Translations under genes and position numbers: made by a program
Shown here: piece after piece, positions 1 to 11,369 of the stretch
Numbering within the stretch: the first letter of the stretch is position 1
How the letters are laid out: the number at the start of each line of letters is the position of its first letter
Assembly (NCBI RefSeq): GCF_018977255.1
Contig: NW_024704743.1
Coordinates: 58,344,001 to 58,408,000 of the forward strand
Reading direction: 5' to 3'
Length of the DNA: 64,000 nucleotides
From: Callorhinchus milii
Lineage: Eukaryota
The notes under the pieces: model-generated
Seen by the model: the letters and a program-made list of their open reading frames with translations, nothing else
The model's database searches: none
What the model was told of the DNA's origin: nothing

Positions 1-814
1 AATCTGCTCTGCATCGAGATGAATTCAAATTCAACATGTTTCTCATGTTGTCTACTATGAATTCTGTATTACTATGAAAACAAAAGTACAACAACAAAAT
101 ACTTATATACAGCACCTTTCATACAGGAGAGCATTTGAAGATGCTTTAGAAAGATAGCATGAGACCCTGACCTGGATGGGAGATGGGGTGGGGGTGGAGG
201 GAAGCGGTAACTGAAGATGCAGTCAATTACAATGTTGAGTAATTTAATTAAATTATAAGTTTAATGAGGTTAAACCACCCTTATGTACTGAAGGAGAATA
301 ATGCATGTTCAATTGAGAAACTTGAAGCTTTTCTGAGAAACAAAACAAAAGCCTATTTTTATTTTCACGCATCTTATGTGCCTGGAGTTGTGAGTTTGAC
401 CTCTCGGCATGTAATTTGAGGGGTTTGAAAGGAATTGAAGAGCAGAGGGGCAGAGAGCAGGTAATGTGTGGAACGAGGATGCCAGCACTATCCTAATGAT
501 TATTTGTGATGCAAATGGCAAGATGTTGACAGCAGCTGCCAGCTGGCCATTCAGCAGCAGTGAGTTTTGCATGTGGTTTAATGCAAGCTAACAATGAAAA
601 TGAATCATTTGACCACAACAGGAATTCTTTTCAAAGATAAAACCAGATGCTCCCTGTTCGATTACTTTACATTGGCTGTATCTGTACTGTTTGCAAATCT
701 ATTTTGAGCAACAGAAAATGACTTTTAGTTGCAAACAGCTTCTGTGAATTTACCAGTGGTGTTAATCATCTTCAATATTATTCCTCAAGCTCTATACTTG
801 TACGCAGGTATGCT

Positions 815-915
815 GAAGTTCCGGTTTGGTGAGGTATAGCTTTAATGAGAGTCTGGTTTGGTGAGACTCAGGTTTAGTGAAACTCGGGTTTGATGAAGTT
901 CAAATTTGGGAGAAT
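815..915. repeat. Degenerate ~16-bp minisatellite
   Basis: Successive units such as ctcaggtttagtgaaa / ctcgggtttgatgaag / ttcaaatttgggagaa. Confidence 0.5.
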
Positions 916-999
916 CACAGGTGTTTATGGGAAGGTGGCCTTACTGCCATGGTTAGTGTCATTCATACCATCAAAATGTTCACAGTGTACCATTCGTAT

Positions 1000-1516
1000 A
1001 TAATAATAGTCTTTGCATTTGATATAGTGCTTTTCACGTTTTCTAGACGTCTCAAAGCGCTTCACGGAATATAGTGTAAAGTGAAGGGTCGTGGACTCGA
1101 AACGCTAACTCACTTCCTTTTCTACATATATGCTGCCTGACCTGCTGAGTGTTCCTAGCGACTTCTGTTTTAGTTTTCAGAATTCCATCATCTGCAGTAT
1201 TTTGTGTATAGTGTAATGTGTATATGTATATGTATATGTGGGTGAAATTCAGCAGCCAATTGCACACAGCAGTGTCCCACAAAGAGTCGTGGATTGAGTG
1301 ACCAAATTATTATTGTGTTTTGTTTCTCTTGAGGGATTGTTATCCCCAGAAAAGTGATCTGCCAATTGACTAATGACCGGGTTCCGACATACTGCTAGGT
1401 AAACAAAGACGTGTGGAATAAGAAAACTTGCCCAACATTTCGCCCTGCCTGGGAATCAAATCCAGGTCTCTCACTTGCGAAACAAGTGCTCTAACCACCG
1501 AGCAACAGGACTCCAC
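1000..1516 (-). mobile_element. tRNA-derived SINE (long variant) with L2-type 3' tail, interrupted by a Penelope-like insert
   Basis: Reverse complement starts gtggagtcctgttgctcggtggttagagcac (box A) and ends ...atcaaatgcaaagactattatt; matches many copies in the window. Confidence 0.85.
1084..1206 (+). mobile_element. Short Penelope-like element fragment (truncated hammerhead region)
   Basis: Matches 29554-29670; flanked by 14-bp direct repeat tatagtgtaa(a/t)gtg at 1070-1083 and 1207-1220. Confidence 0.65.
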
Positions 1517-2069
1517 CTAGTGTAAAGACATTTAAGGGCTTTGATCTATCTTCACCAGTTATTTATTTAAACCCTTTCATCATCAAGTAACACAGGGCTG
1601 ACCTCAGGTCTTGTATTCAATGCCTAACCTGAATTTATTATTAGAATTTTCTCTGAAAAGGCTTAATGAGTATCATGAAATAAATAGTTCCTCCATTGAG
1701 ATTATAATAATGTGATGCATAAACCGTGATCTATTACATCAATTCAATTTGTAATCTGTGCCTGTCATAATAAATATAATCAAGGTCCTGTTTTTTCTGT
1801 ATGGATGAGTATGTAAGAGAAAGTATAAAGTAACTCTCCAGCAAGATAGACAACATGCTATAGATGGAGAAGCTCTCTTAACAAAATTTCACCAGACTAA
1901 ATAAACACTTCTTGGAAACATTCATAAATAATCTCATTCAATTCCTTACTTAAAGCTTAACCTCATGATATCAGTTTGGTGATTAAACTTCAATTTAATC
2001 TGGTGTAAGCTTGACAATCACAGTTGATATTCAACAATTTCATCTCACCCCTCCTAGCAAAAGTGCTAT

Positions 2070-2800
2070 GACTCGCTCAGGGCCTCAGTGTAACATTGTA
2101 GTCGTAACTTCAGTACTCTGATACCCATGCTTGTCGGATATCGAACAAACCAACTAGTGACTATCCTCCTTGTGGGGGAGCTAAATGGATTCTCCTTGGA
2201 GCTGAACTGGCAAAGGAACGTCGGAATCGAGCCTAGCTTCTGTGGCAGTCTCAGTAGTCCAGTTCCTGAGTCAGGTGGGTCTGCAGTATTCCAGGGCAAT
2301 GCTGGTGACAGCAACAACAACAACAACAAGATTACATTTGACGTCCCAAGGCACAGCCAGCCTAGCTCATCAGCAGGACTTAGAAGGGCAGACCAGTTAC
2401 TGGGGGCAGGGAGTCATCCCATTCAGCTCCCGTTAACCCTGCAAGCCAAAGCCCTAACAGGTAAGGTGGTCCTAGCTGGACAAGCAGCAGGAAAGCTTGC
2501 CAGACAGTGATATCAATGGCAATCTCTGCAGTTTTAGCTAGTTGGACTCCAGCAATACCCCAACACACGCTCTGGAATCCCCAAGCCTCGGCTCTTGCCA
2601 GTCTGTACCTAATACTTTCCGGAATTAACTAAGCAACATGTGTTCGTCCAGGGAGAGAGTACATACCATTCCAACAGTCTATCTTTGGGATTTCCATTGT
2701 AGGTGGGGATGCATGGAAATCTCTGCTTGGTTCGGATACTCTTAAGCTTGGTGATGGGTTTCCACATGTGTTAGACACCTGGCTGACCAAAAAAAAATCT
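2070..2800 (+). repeat. Unclassified interspersed repeat, copy A (orientation arbitrary)
   Basis: Aligns by eye with 30097-30450 (+), 30900-31372 (-) and 41500-42005 (-). Confidence 0.75.
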
Positions 2801-3169
2801 GTGCTCTAGTCTACACCATAACAATTTAACTCTTCTGAGTACAAAAATAGTTGAAAGTTAGATTTCAGGTACTGAAAGTAGTCATGAAAGCTAAAGGAGT
2901 ACTTGACTTAATCATAAGAGGGAGTAAACATTTCACAACCAAGTAAATGTAATAGTTAGCATTGGTAATAATTAATTCTAATATGATAAGCTGTTCAATA
3001 GTTATCCAGCAATAATTAGTAGTTGGAAATCAATTAAGAAATGCCACATATTTTACCTGTGGTCTAGATCTGAGAGTAAGGAAGGACTAATGCATTTATA
3101 CAAAGCACTGGTCAGATTTTGTTTGCTGTGTTATAAATTGTCTCTTTGTTACGAAGGTGACAATAGACC

Positions 3170-3640
3170 TGATTGAGGAGGTAGGTTTTATCTGAAGATA
3201 GATAGGGAGAAGGCAAAATGGAAGGGTTAGAAAGATGGAGTTTCAGAAGTTAGAAGCATAATTGCTGAAGACTAGGCCACCATTGGTAGTGCAGAAGGTA
3301 TGGGGGACAGGCAACAGGCCCAAATTAGCAGAACGGGGGGTGGGGGTCAAGCGGAGTAATGGGGTAGAAGATCACAGAGACAGGTCAATCTAGGGTGAGA
3401 AGGGACTTATAAATGAAGGTGAAGACACTTAAGTCAATGCTTTGGTTGACAAGGAACCATGTGACCTGGTGTGGATTGGATGTGTGAGAATGTGAGAGAA
3501 TGTGTGTGGTGGAACTTTGGATTAGCTGGAGTTTATGGAAGATGGAACCACGGAGAAAGGTAAGGATGGCGTTTGAAAAGTTGAGGCAGGAGTTAACAAA
3601 GGTGTGAATGAGGATATTGACAGCATTTTATGTGATATCG
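3170..3640 (-). mobile_element. Old, degenerate L2 3' fragment
   Basis: Purine-rich strand resembling the reverse complement of the L2 ORF C-terminus (cf. 25239-25775). Confidence 0.55.
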
Positions 3641-4261
3641 ATACCAACCAACAGTTCTTATGAAACAGAAGACAGTGGAATGGACAAGTGAAGCAGATTG
3701 AAAAGAAATTACTGAAAATTAAAATGAAAGTATATTCCTTTGAGAGATAAGAAACTCACAATGCTACAAGCATTCCTACAATGTTTGGGTTAGTTTGCCT
3801 TTTAGCAATAAAAATTGATTTTTTTTCAAATCAGCAGAATCAGCAGAGTTTTCCAATCCATACTGTCCTACATGAGTGCTTGTGACTGTGAGAACACTCC
3901 ACTGTAAATGTTACAATACCCCCGCACTATAAGAGAAGAGCACTAAATAAAATGGACTAAAACCAAAAAGCAATGCAGAATATCCTGACCTTGAATTGAA
4001 AACGTGCCACGAATGAAAAAGCAACCATTCTGTTGTTCCATGATTCTACTATGTGGGAAGCAATTATATTTATGTGTATTGCTGATAGTGTATAGAACTG
4101 ATATTTAAAATGTAAAAATTGGTTTAATGCAATATTTTCTCCAAATTAACTGCTTTTTACAAATATTTATGTTTACATTAAGGTGAAATATATTAGTGCT
4201 GGGGAATGCAATACTTTTTGGTCACCCATTGTCAGTATAAACTAGTCCCAGGATAGGTAAA

Positions 4262-4598
4262 TGAATAATACTTGCATTTGACACAGTGCCTTTCAAGTCA
4301 GGAGGATGATTCAAACCACTTTCATAAAGCAATGTGCCACAAACAGCTATAAAGTTACTGTTATCTTACCTGGAGGATTGTTGGCCAGGATACAAGGAAA
4401 AACTCCCTTCTCTTTTCGAATAGTGCCATGGGATCTTTAACATTGCAGATGTCTCATCTGAAAGATGGCACTTCTGACAATGCTGCGCTCTCCCAGCACT
4501 GCATTGCAGTGTCACCAAAGACTGGGAGTTCAAAGTCCTGACATGGGACTTTAACCCACAACCTTGACTTAGAGTTGAGAGTGCTAGCCCAGGCTAAC
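4262..4598 (-). mobile_element. Deu-domain SINE (old)
   Basis: Contains reverse complement of the Deu-domain core (gtgccatctttcagatgagac...aaagatcccatggcactattcg), tRNA-like head and L2-type tail. Confidence 0.75.
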
Positions 4599-4619
4599 AC
4601 ACAGAACATCCAGAACATA

Positions 4620-4960
4620 AATAATAATAATAATCTTTGCATTCGATATAGCACTTTCCACGTTTGGAGGATGTCTCAAAACACTTCACAGGATTTACTT
4701 TAGTCACCGTATTTTGTAAGCCAACTTTGCATACAAGAAAAGGAGCAAATTACCATTTTTAGCTGTGGGGGATTGTTGGCCAGGACACCAAAAGAAACTC
4801 CCTTCGCTTTTTGAGTAATGCTATGAAATCTTCAATATCCATCTGAATAGACAGACAGGACCTCAGGATAACTTGTCACCTTAAGGCCATCATCTCTGAC
4901 AATGAAACCCACTTCCAGTACTGCATTGGAGATTCAGCAATACAATACAGAGGCAAAGGT
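4620..4960 (-). mobile_element. Deu-domain SINE (old)
   Basis: Same family as 4262-4598. Confidence 0.7.
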
Positions 4961-5349
4961 CCTAAACTTACCTGATCTCAAACCCAGAAGAGCAATGCCT
5001 CTTTGCACCATTGTATTATTTCCATTTCCCACAACACCCTCAATTTCTGGGTGCCATTTTTGCAGGACAATGGAGCATTTTGGATCTGCCAGAAACTTGA
5101 ATGCAACCATACAAACTCATTACACGGCTGAGAGGAATTTGTTACCCACCAGAATTGCTGATAATGTCGAACAAACTCCCAACAAAAGAGATTGATGCTC
5201 TGTCGATTTGTTCCTTTGAAGAAATTTGATACATTATCAGTGCAGACTTCAAAGGAACAAATAATTCATGGGGTCTATGCTTCGGTGGTTTGGGGGGCAG
5301 GGGAAAATATATGGTTGAATGGTGAACGTGGAAAATTATTCTAAAACTA

Positions 5350-5640
5350 TAAAAATTTACAGTGCAGAAAGAGGCCATTCAGTCCAAAATACTTGTATTA
5401 GCTCACTAAAAGGCATTATCTACCTCGACCTCATTTATATTTCTGCTTTTCAGATATTTATCTAATTTTCTCTTAAAAGCTAAGATGGATTCTGCCTTAA
5501 CCACATTTCCCAGTCTGGCATAACATGTGCCAACTACCTTCTGTAAACAATTCTCATCACTTCTCATCTTATTTGTTTGTCAATTATCTTAAATCAATGC
5601 CTATTAGTTACTGTCTCACCATTTAATATAGAACCTTATC
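5350..5640 (-). mobile_element. Old CR1 3' end fragment
   Basis: acagtgcagaaagaggccattcagtcc resembles the reverse complement of the CR1 3' terminus. Confidence 0.45.
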
Positions 5641-5739
5641 ATGTTGTGGAAATATATCAAAGCATCAATAATGGATATAGCAATGCCTAACAAAGCAGCC
5701 GGGTTTTGAATGACCATTTGCTTCTACCGAGGAGATTAT

Positions 5740-6120
5740 TGCCCAGACTCAGTTGGTAACATTCATCTCAACTCAGAGTCACAAGGTTGTGAAGTTAAGG
5801 TTGAAGTTGAGCACTGGAGAATTTGAGCTCATCAGTTAACCTTATACTCTAATGCAATGTTGGGAGAGAGCTGCATAGGTGTGTGGGCTATCAGATGAGA
5901 TGTTAAACCAAGGTCTTGTCTGTCTATTGGGTGGATGATAAAGAATCTACCACACTATTCAAAAAGCAAATGGAGCTTCTACTGATGTCTTGAAACTCAA
6001 CCAGGCAGGCACCAGTTTCCACAAAATATACAGTCCTTCCTTTACAATATATGCTGTGAAGCGCTTTAAGACATCTCGAAGATATGATAAGGCATAATAT
6101 CAAATGCAAGTATTATTATT
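5740..6120 (+). mobile_element. Deu-domain SINE (old)
   Basis: tcagatgagatgttaaaccaaggtc core and gtgaagcgctttaagacatc...caaatgcaagtattatt tail. Confidence 0.75.
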
Positions 6121-6345
6121 ACTATGTTATTATAATTACTCTGAGCAATTCTAGCAACTATTTGGACTAGCAAGTTCCCACAAAAGGAGGTGAATGACTA
6201 ATTGATTGGACATATTGTTGATCAGGACAATGGGAAAAAGATCATTTTCTTTTGGACTACCACTAAAAAGCATTACTATTGAAGCAAAGTATATATTATA
6301 TATAATAATCTTTGCATTCAATATAGAACCTTATCACGTTATTTG

Positions 6346-9300
6346 CAGTCGGGGAGCGGCGGCAGGACAGCGCGGGGAGGAGCCTGGGCCTACTGACCCA
6401 GGTACTTAAACTCGACGCCGGAGCGAGTTCAGCCCCGGGGGGGGGGGGGGGGGAGGGAGGTGTGGGGGCGGAGCGGGGGAACTGCGACGTCATAAATTAG
6501 TTTTCAGGTGAGTGCGCGCACAAAAAAAAAAAAAAAAAACCCTCTGCGCCCCCCCCCCCAGGGCTCACATCAGAGCCCACTATGGTCCTGTTGGGTTCGC
6601 TGCCCCAATCTACGGGATAATGCCATCCACCTGACCGCTCGCTCCCGGTCCCCGCGTGCGCACTATGGCTGCCGCTTTGACCCGAGCCCCCTCACCCCCT
6701 CCCTCCCTCCCCCTCCTCTCTCCCCCAAACCCTCCCCCCTCTGCATCTCTCCCGCTCTCTCCTCCTCTCTCTCCGTCCCTCTCGTCTTCTATCCCCACTT
6801 GACCCTCCCACAACCTCCCTCTGTTCCAGCCTGGGAATCCTCCGCCGGGCTCACCGTGGCACTCGGCGTTGGCTGTCCAGCAGCAGCCACACCGACTGCC
6901 CCATTCCCCACCACACTCGCCACCCACCCCGGACACAGACCCGGGGAGTCAACCTCTCCTCCCTCATCCCCATTCCCCCCACCCCTGCCTCACAACCTGG
7001 ACCCCCTCCCCTCCCACACACCCTTCTGTCAACCGCTCCCTCCACATCGGACTGCAAAATGTCCGCTCCCTCTGCAACAAGGCCCTGGTCATCAACGATC
7101 TCATCCTTGATGAGAACGTTGATATCATGGCCTTAACAGAAACCTGGCTCACCCCAGGCGACACCTTCCCCCTCACGGAGGCCACGCCACCCGGCTACAC
7201 CTCCCACCACATCCCCCGCCCCAACCGCCGTGGCGGTGGTGTTGCCCTTATCTCAAGGACACCACTTGCCCTATCCCCCTACTCCACTGGCTCTTTCCCC
7301 TCCTTTGAGCACCTCACCCTCTCCCACCCCTCATTCCTCTCCCTTAAAATCCTCCTCCTCTACCGGCCCCCTAAAACCTCTCCCACCTTCATCTCTGACA
7401 TTTCAACACTCCTCACATCTCTTTGCCTCTGCTCCGATCGCCTCATCATCCTGGGCGACTTTAACCTACACTTCACACCCTCCTGCTCCATCTCCACAGA
7501 CTTCTCTTCCCTGCTCTCCTCACTCAACCTCTCCTTACACATAAACTCCCCCACTCACAGTCACGGCCACCCACTCGATTTGGTGATCACCCGGGGCCTC
7601 AGTGTCTCGGATGTCACTATTACCGACAAGGCCATCTCTGACCACTACTTCATCTCCTTCACCACCTCCACCCCCCTCCCCACCTCCACCAGACCCACCA
7701 CCATCTTCTACCGCCCTTGGAAGAAGTTACCCCCACAATCCCTAACCGATGCCTTGGAGTCCTCTGAACTCCTCTCCCTCTGGCCTTCAACCCTCACCGA
7801 CCCCTCTTCTCCTCTCTCCCTCCTCCACAATACCCTCTCCTCCACACTCGATACTCTTGCCCCCATCACTTCCCGCACTGTCTCCTACTCCCGCTCCTCC
7901 CCCTGGTACACCACCCACCTCCGCTCACTGAAAAGCCAGGTGCGGGCTGCTGAACGCACCTGTGTCAAATCTGGCCTAACGGTCCACCGACAAATCTGGC
8001 TGGACCTCCTCAAAATTTACCGCTCCACTCTAGCCTCGGCCAAGTCGTCCTTCTACTCCAGGATAATCCTGGAGGCGAAGAACAACCCCAGGCTACTGTT
8101 TTCCACCACAACCCGACTCCTCCGTCCCCCCCGCCACCCCGCGCAGGTCATCTCCTCCAACCTTCACTGCGAGGAGATGCTGGATTTCCTTGAATCCAAG
8201 ATCAAGGGAATCCGCTCCGCGGTCACTTCCCCTCCAACTTCCACCCACCACCCACCCCTTCCCTCCCACACTCCGACTCCTACCCATCCTCCCCTACACA
8301 CCTTCGTACCCGTTTCCCCACCCTCTGTCACTGAACTCATCCTATCCCTAAAACCAACCACCTGCTCCCTTGACCCCATCCCCACTCCACTCCTTATCTC
8401 CCAGCTCCACTTTCTTGCCCCACATATCACTGACATCATCAACCTGTCCCTCTCCTCTGGCTCTGTCCCCATTCCATTAAAAACTGCCATCATCACGCCC
8501 ACCCTGAAAAAACCCTCCCTTGATGCGTCGCAGCTATCAAGCTACCGGCCCATCTCCAACCTCCCCTTTCTCTCCAAGGTCTTGGAAAGAGTTGTCGCCT
8601 CCCAACTGCGCTCTTTCCTTTCCACCCATTCTCTTTTCGAACCCCTTCAGTCAGGTTTCCGTGCTGCCCATAGCACAGAAACTGCCCTGGTCAAGGTCAC
8701 CAATGATATCCTGACCATCTGTGACCAGGGCTCCCTCTGTCTCCTCGTCCTCCTCGACCTATCGGCAGCATTCGATACGGTCGACCACGCTATCCTACTC
8801 CACCGCTTGTCCTCCCACCTCAACCTTCAAGGCACTGTCCTTGAATGGTTTAGGTCGTACCTTTCTCACCGTCTTCACTTTGTCTCAACGAATGGCTTCT
8901 CCTCCACCCCCCGTACTGTCTCATGTGGTGTCCCTCAGGGCTCTGTCCTCGGTCCCCTCCTCTTCACCCTCTATATGCTCCCCCTCGGTGACATCATCCG
9001 CAGACATGGAGTTAACTTCCACATGTATGCGGATGACACCCAACTCTACCTTTCCTCCTCTACTCTCAACTCCACGACCACCGATGTCCTGACAGCCTGC
9101 CTGTCCGACATCGAGTCCTGGACGAGAGACAACTTTCTTCAGCTCAACGTGCGAAAAACCGAGGCCCTCCTGATTGGCTCACGTCAGCGCCTCCGCACCT
9201 CAGGCGCTGACACCATCAGCATCCAAGGCTGCACTCTCCACCTCTCAAAGCCAGTCAGGAACCTCGGCGTTTTGTTCGACCCTGAGCTGTCCTTTCTCCC

Positions 9301-10074
9301 TCACATCCGCACCACAACTGGCACCGCCTTCCATCACCTCCGGAACATCGCCAGACTACGGCACTACCTCACCCCTCACGCTGCTGAAACCCTGGTTCAC
9401 GCCTTTGTCACCTCAAGGCTGGACTATGGGAACTCTCTCCTCGCCGGCCTTCCCGCCACCTCCCTCCACAAGCTGCAGGTCATTCAGAACTCTGCAGCTC
9501 GTGTACTGTCCCGCACCAGGCTTCGGGACCACATCACTCCCACCCTCGCTCGCCTCCACTGGCTCCCCATCCCCCAGAGGATTGATTTCAAGATCCTCAT
9601 CCTCACCTACAAGGCCATTCACGGCCTTGCTCCCTCCTACCTCTCCAACCTACTATCCCCCTACCTACCTGCCCGTACCCTCCGTTCCTCTGGCTCCGGT
9701 CTGCTCCACGTCCCCCGCCCCAACCGCCCTACCATCGGTGGTCGGGCCTTCAGCCTCTCAGCCCCGAGGCTCTGGAACTCCATCCCCCAGTGCCTTCGCC
9801 GCTTCCTCCCTTTCCTCCTTCAAGGCCGGTCTCAAAACCTTTCTCTTTGACCGTGCCTTCAGCTCCCCTCTCGACTCTCTTCCCCCTCCTCGCTCCCTCC
9901 CTTCCCTCCCCTCACCCTGACCATTTCCCCCCTCCTCGCTCCCTCCCTTCCCTCCCCTCACCCTGACCATTTCCCCCCTGCTCGGGTCATGACCCAACTG
10001 TGCAGCGCCTTGGGACGTCCTCCTGACGTGAAAGGCGCTTTATAAATGGAATCTTGTTGTTGTTGTTGTTGTTG
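6346..10074 (+). mobile_element. Young, near full-length L2-clade LINE with a single ORF, inserted into an older SINE
   Basis: CpG-rich 5' region, APE+RT ORF, 3' stem-loop gggacgtcctcctgacgt and (GTT)n tail; the flanks rejoin into a SINE tail (cacgttatttg|aaatatctcaaa). Confidence 0.95.
6869..9850 (+). CDS. L2 LINE APE endonuclease + reverse transcriptase (true start probably upstream, near ATG 6665)
   Basis: APE motifs QNVRSL, LTETW, GDFN, LDLV, SDH; RT motifs [38 protein letters not shown] (9026-9037). Confidence 0.93.
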   Translation: MAVQQQPHRLPHSPPHSPPTPDTDPGSQPLLPHPHSPHPCLTTWTPSPPTHPSVNRSLHIGLQNVRSLCNKALVINDLILDENVDIMALTETWLTPGDTFPLTEATPPGYTSHHIPRPNRRGGGVALISRTPLALSPYSTGSFPSFEHLTLSHPSFLSLKILLLYRPPKTSPTFISDISTLLTSLCLCSDRLIILGDFNLHFTPSCSISTDFSSLLSSLNLSLHINSPTHSHGHPLDLVITRGLSVSDVTITDKAISDHYFISFTTSTPLPTSTRPTTIFYRPWKKLPPQSLTDALESSELLSLWPSTLTDPSSPLSLLHNTLSSTLDTLAPITSRTVSYSRSSPWYTTHLRSLKSQVRAAERTCVKSGLTVHRQIWLDLLKIYRSTLASAKSSFYSRIILEAKNNPRLLFSTTTRLLRPPRHPAQVISSNLHCEEMLDFLESKIKGIRSAVTSPPTSTHHPPLPSHTPTPTHPPLHTFVPVSPPSVTELILSLKPTTCSLDPIPTPLLISQLHFLAPHITDIINLSLSSGSVPIPLKTAIITPTLKKPSLDASQLSSYRPISNLPFLSKVLERVVASQLRSFLSTHSLFEPLQSGFRAAHSTETALVKVTNDILTICDQGSLCLLVLLDLSAAFDTVDHAILLHRLSSHLNLQGTVLEWFRSYLSHRLHFVSTNGFSSTPRTVSCGVPQGSVLGPLLFTLYMLPLGDIIRRHGVNFHMYADDTQLYLSSSTLNSTTTDVLTACLSDIESWTRDNFLQLNVRKTEALLIGSRQRLRTSGADTISIQGCTLHLSKPVRNLGVLFDPELSFLPHIRTTTGTAFHHLRNIARLRHYLTPHAAETLVHAFVTSRLDYGNSLLAGLPATSLHKLQVIQNSAARVLSRTRLRDHITPTLARLHWLPIPQRIDFKILILTYKAIHGLAPSYLSNLLSPYLPARTLRSSGSGLLHVPRPNRPTIGGRAFSLSAPRLWNSIPQCLRRFLPFLLQGRSQNLSL

Positions 10075-10420
10075 AAATATCTCAAACAGCAATTTGGACA
10101 TAGTAATGTCCAACAAATAGCCAGAAAATGAATGACCATTTTCTTTATCTGGGGGAGGTTATTGGCTTGGACACTGGGAAAAACTCCCTTCTCTTTTCGA
10201 ATAGTACCTACACTGTGAAGTGTAGTCACTGTGTATTTGTAGGCAAATATGGCAGCCAATATTTGCCCAGCAATGTCCCACAAACAACCATGAGTGATTG
10301 ACTAATTTTATCTGGAGGACTTTTGACTACGAGAAACTTCCGTTTGCAAGAAACTCTCTTCTCTCTTCAGTGCCATGGGATCTTTATTGGCCACCTGAAC
10401 AGCCAGACGGGACTTCTGAA
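10075..10420 (-). mobile_element. Two Deu-domain SINE fragments; the first continues 6300-6345
   Basis: aaactcccttctcttttcgaatagt and gtgccatgggatcttta motifs. Confidence 0.65.
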
Positions 10421-11369
10421 TAAGTTTATGCATATATTACTCAGTGAGGTGAGAATTTTTTTTGCAAGATTTACAGACTAACTGAGGCTGGGTGGAGAAG
10501 TGGAGATATTGTAAATCTCAATAATTCAGGGATGTCTTGACCAGTTTCAGGTATGTTATTTATTTATTTCGAACTAAAGATCAACAGTCATATTGATTGA
10601 GAATCAATGAATTCTGAGAATCCCATTACGTTTTTTTAGGATTGAAATGCTCAACTATAGCCATTAGACTTGCAGGGGAAGTCTATTGATTCTTGCAGAA
10701 AAGAGAGTAGGGAGCACTTAATCATCAATATTTGTAACTGCTCAGATCCTGAATATCCTCCAGCTCTGCTATCATTTTTGACACTGTGACTTTCAATAAA
10801 TACAAAGCTACTAAAGGAGAAGCACATATCATAGGAAACCTCACACTGGCATTCCAATATGACTTTCTATATTTCTTCAGTGTATGCCTGTTTATGATGG
10901 TCTGTGTCTTATCTGTTCAGAAACAGATTCATAAAACAAACAGGGACCATTAGAAACATTTTGTACTTTGACTTTCAGCTTTGCCTGGACATTTAAAGCC
11001 AAACTTCAATCCTACATCATAATTCTTTGTCTGACCTTTATTAAAACTATTTGCTTATATTTAGTTATTAATCCAAAGCAGATAGAGATTCTACATAAAT
11101 GGGTCATCAGTTATATTTATGGGTCTGTGGAAGGCTACACTGTGGCATTATTAATGGTTGTACCAATTCAGGAGGTGGCCCAAATTTGACATTCTTTTTC
11201 CTACTTCATTGGTTTCTTATTGATATACAATATATTCCATTAAGTCTCTGAATTAATAAAACTGAATTTCATGTATCCCTAGGAATGTATGGGACTGGAA
11301 AAGATCAACTGGTCAGTTAAAGAAAATAATAAATATATACAATATTAATATACTGATGCCTATTACATT

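Noticed and set aside
815..915. CRISPR-like array
   Set aside because: Degenerate tandem units without unique spacers, in eukaryotic context with no cas genes.
2127..2510. 127-aa ORF in the unclassified repeat
   Set aside because: Includes an inserted L2 tail, and the frame has a stop in copy B.
6508..7110. 200-aa Pro-rich ORF as L2 ORF1
   Set aside because: GTG start, spans a poly-A run, low complexity, no RRM/esterase/zinc-knuckle motif; it is an alternative frame of C-rich sequence.
6964..9997. Antisense and alternative-frame ORFs over the L2
   Set aside because: Shadows of a C-rich, stop-poor coding strand.
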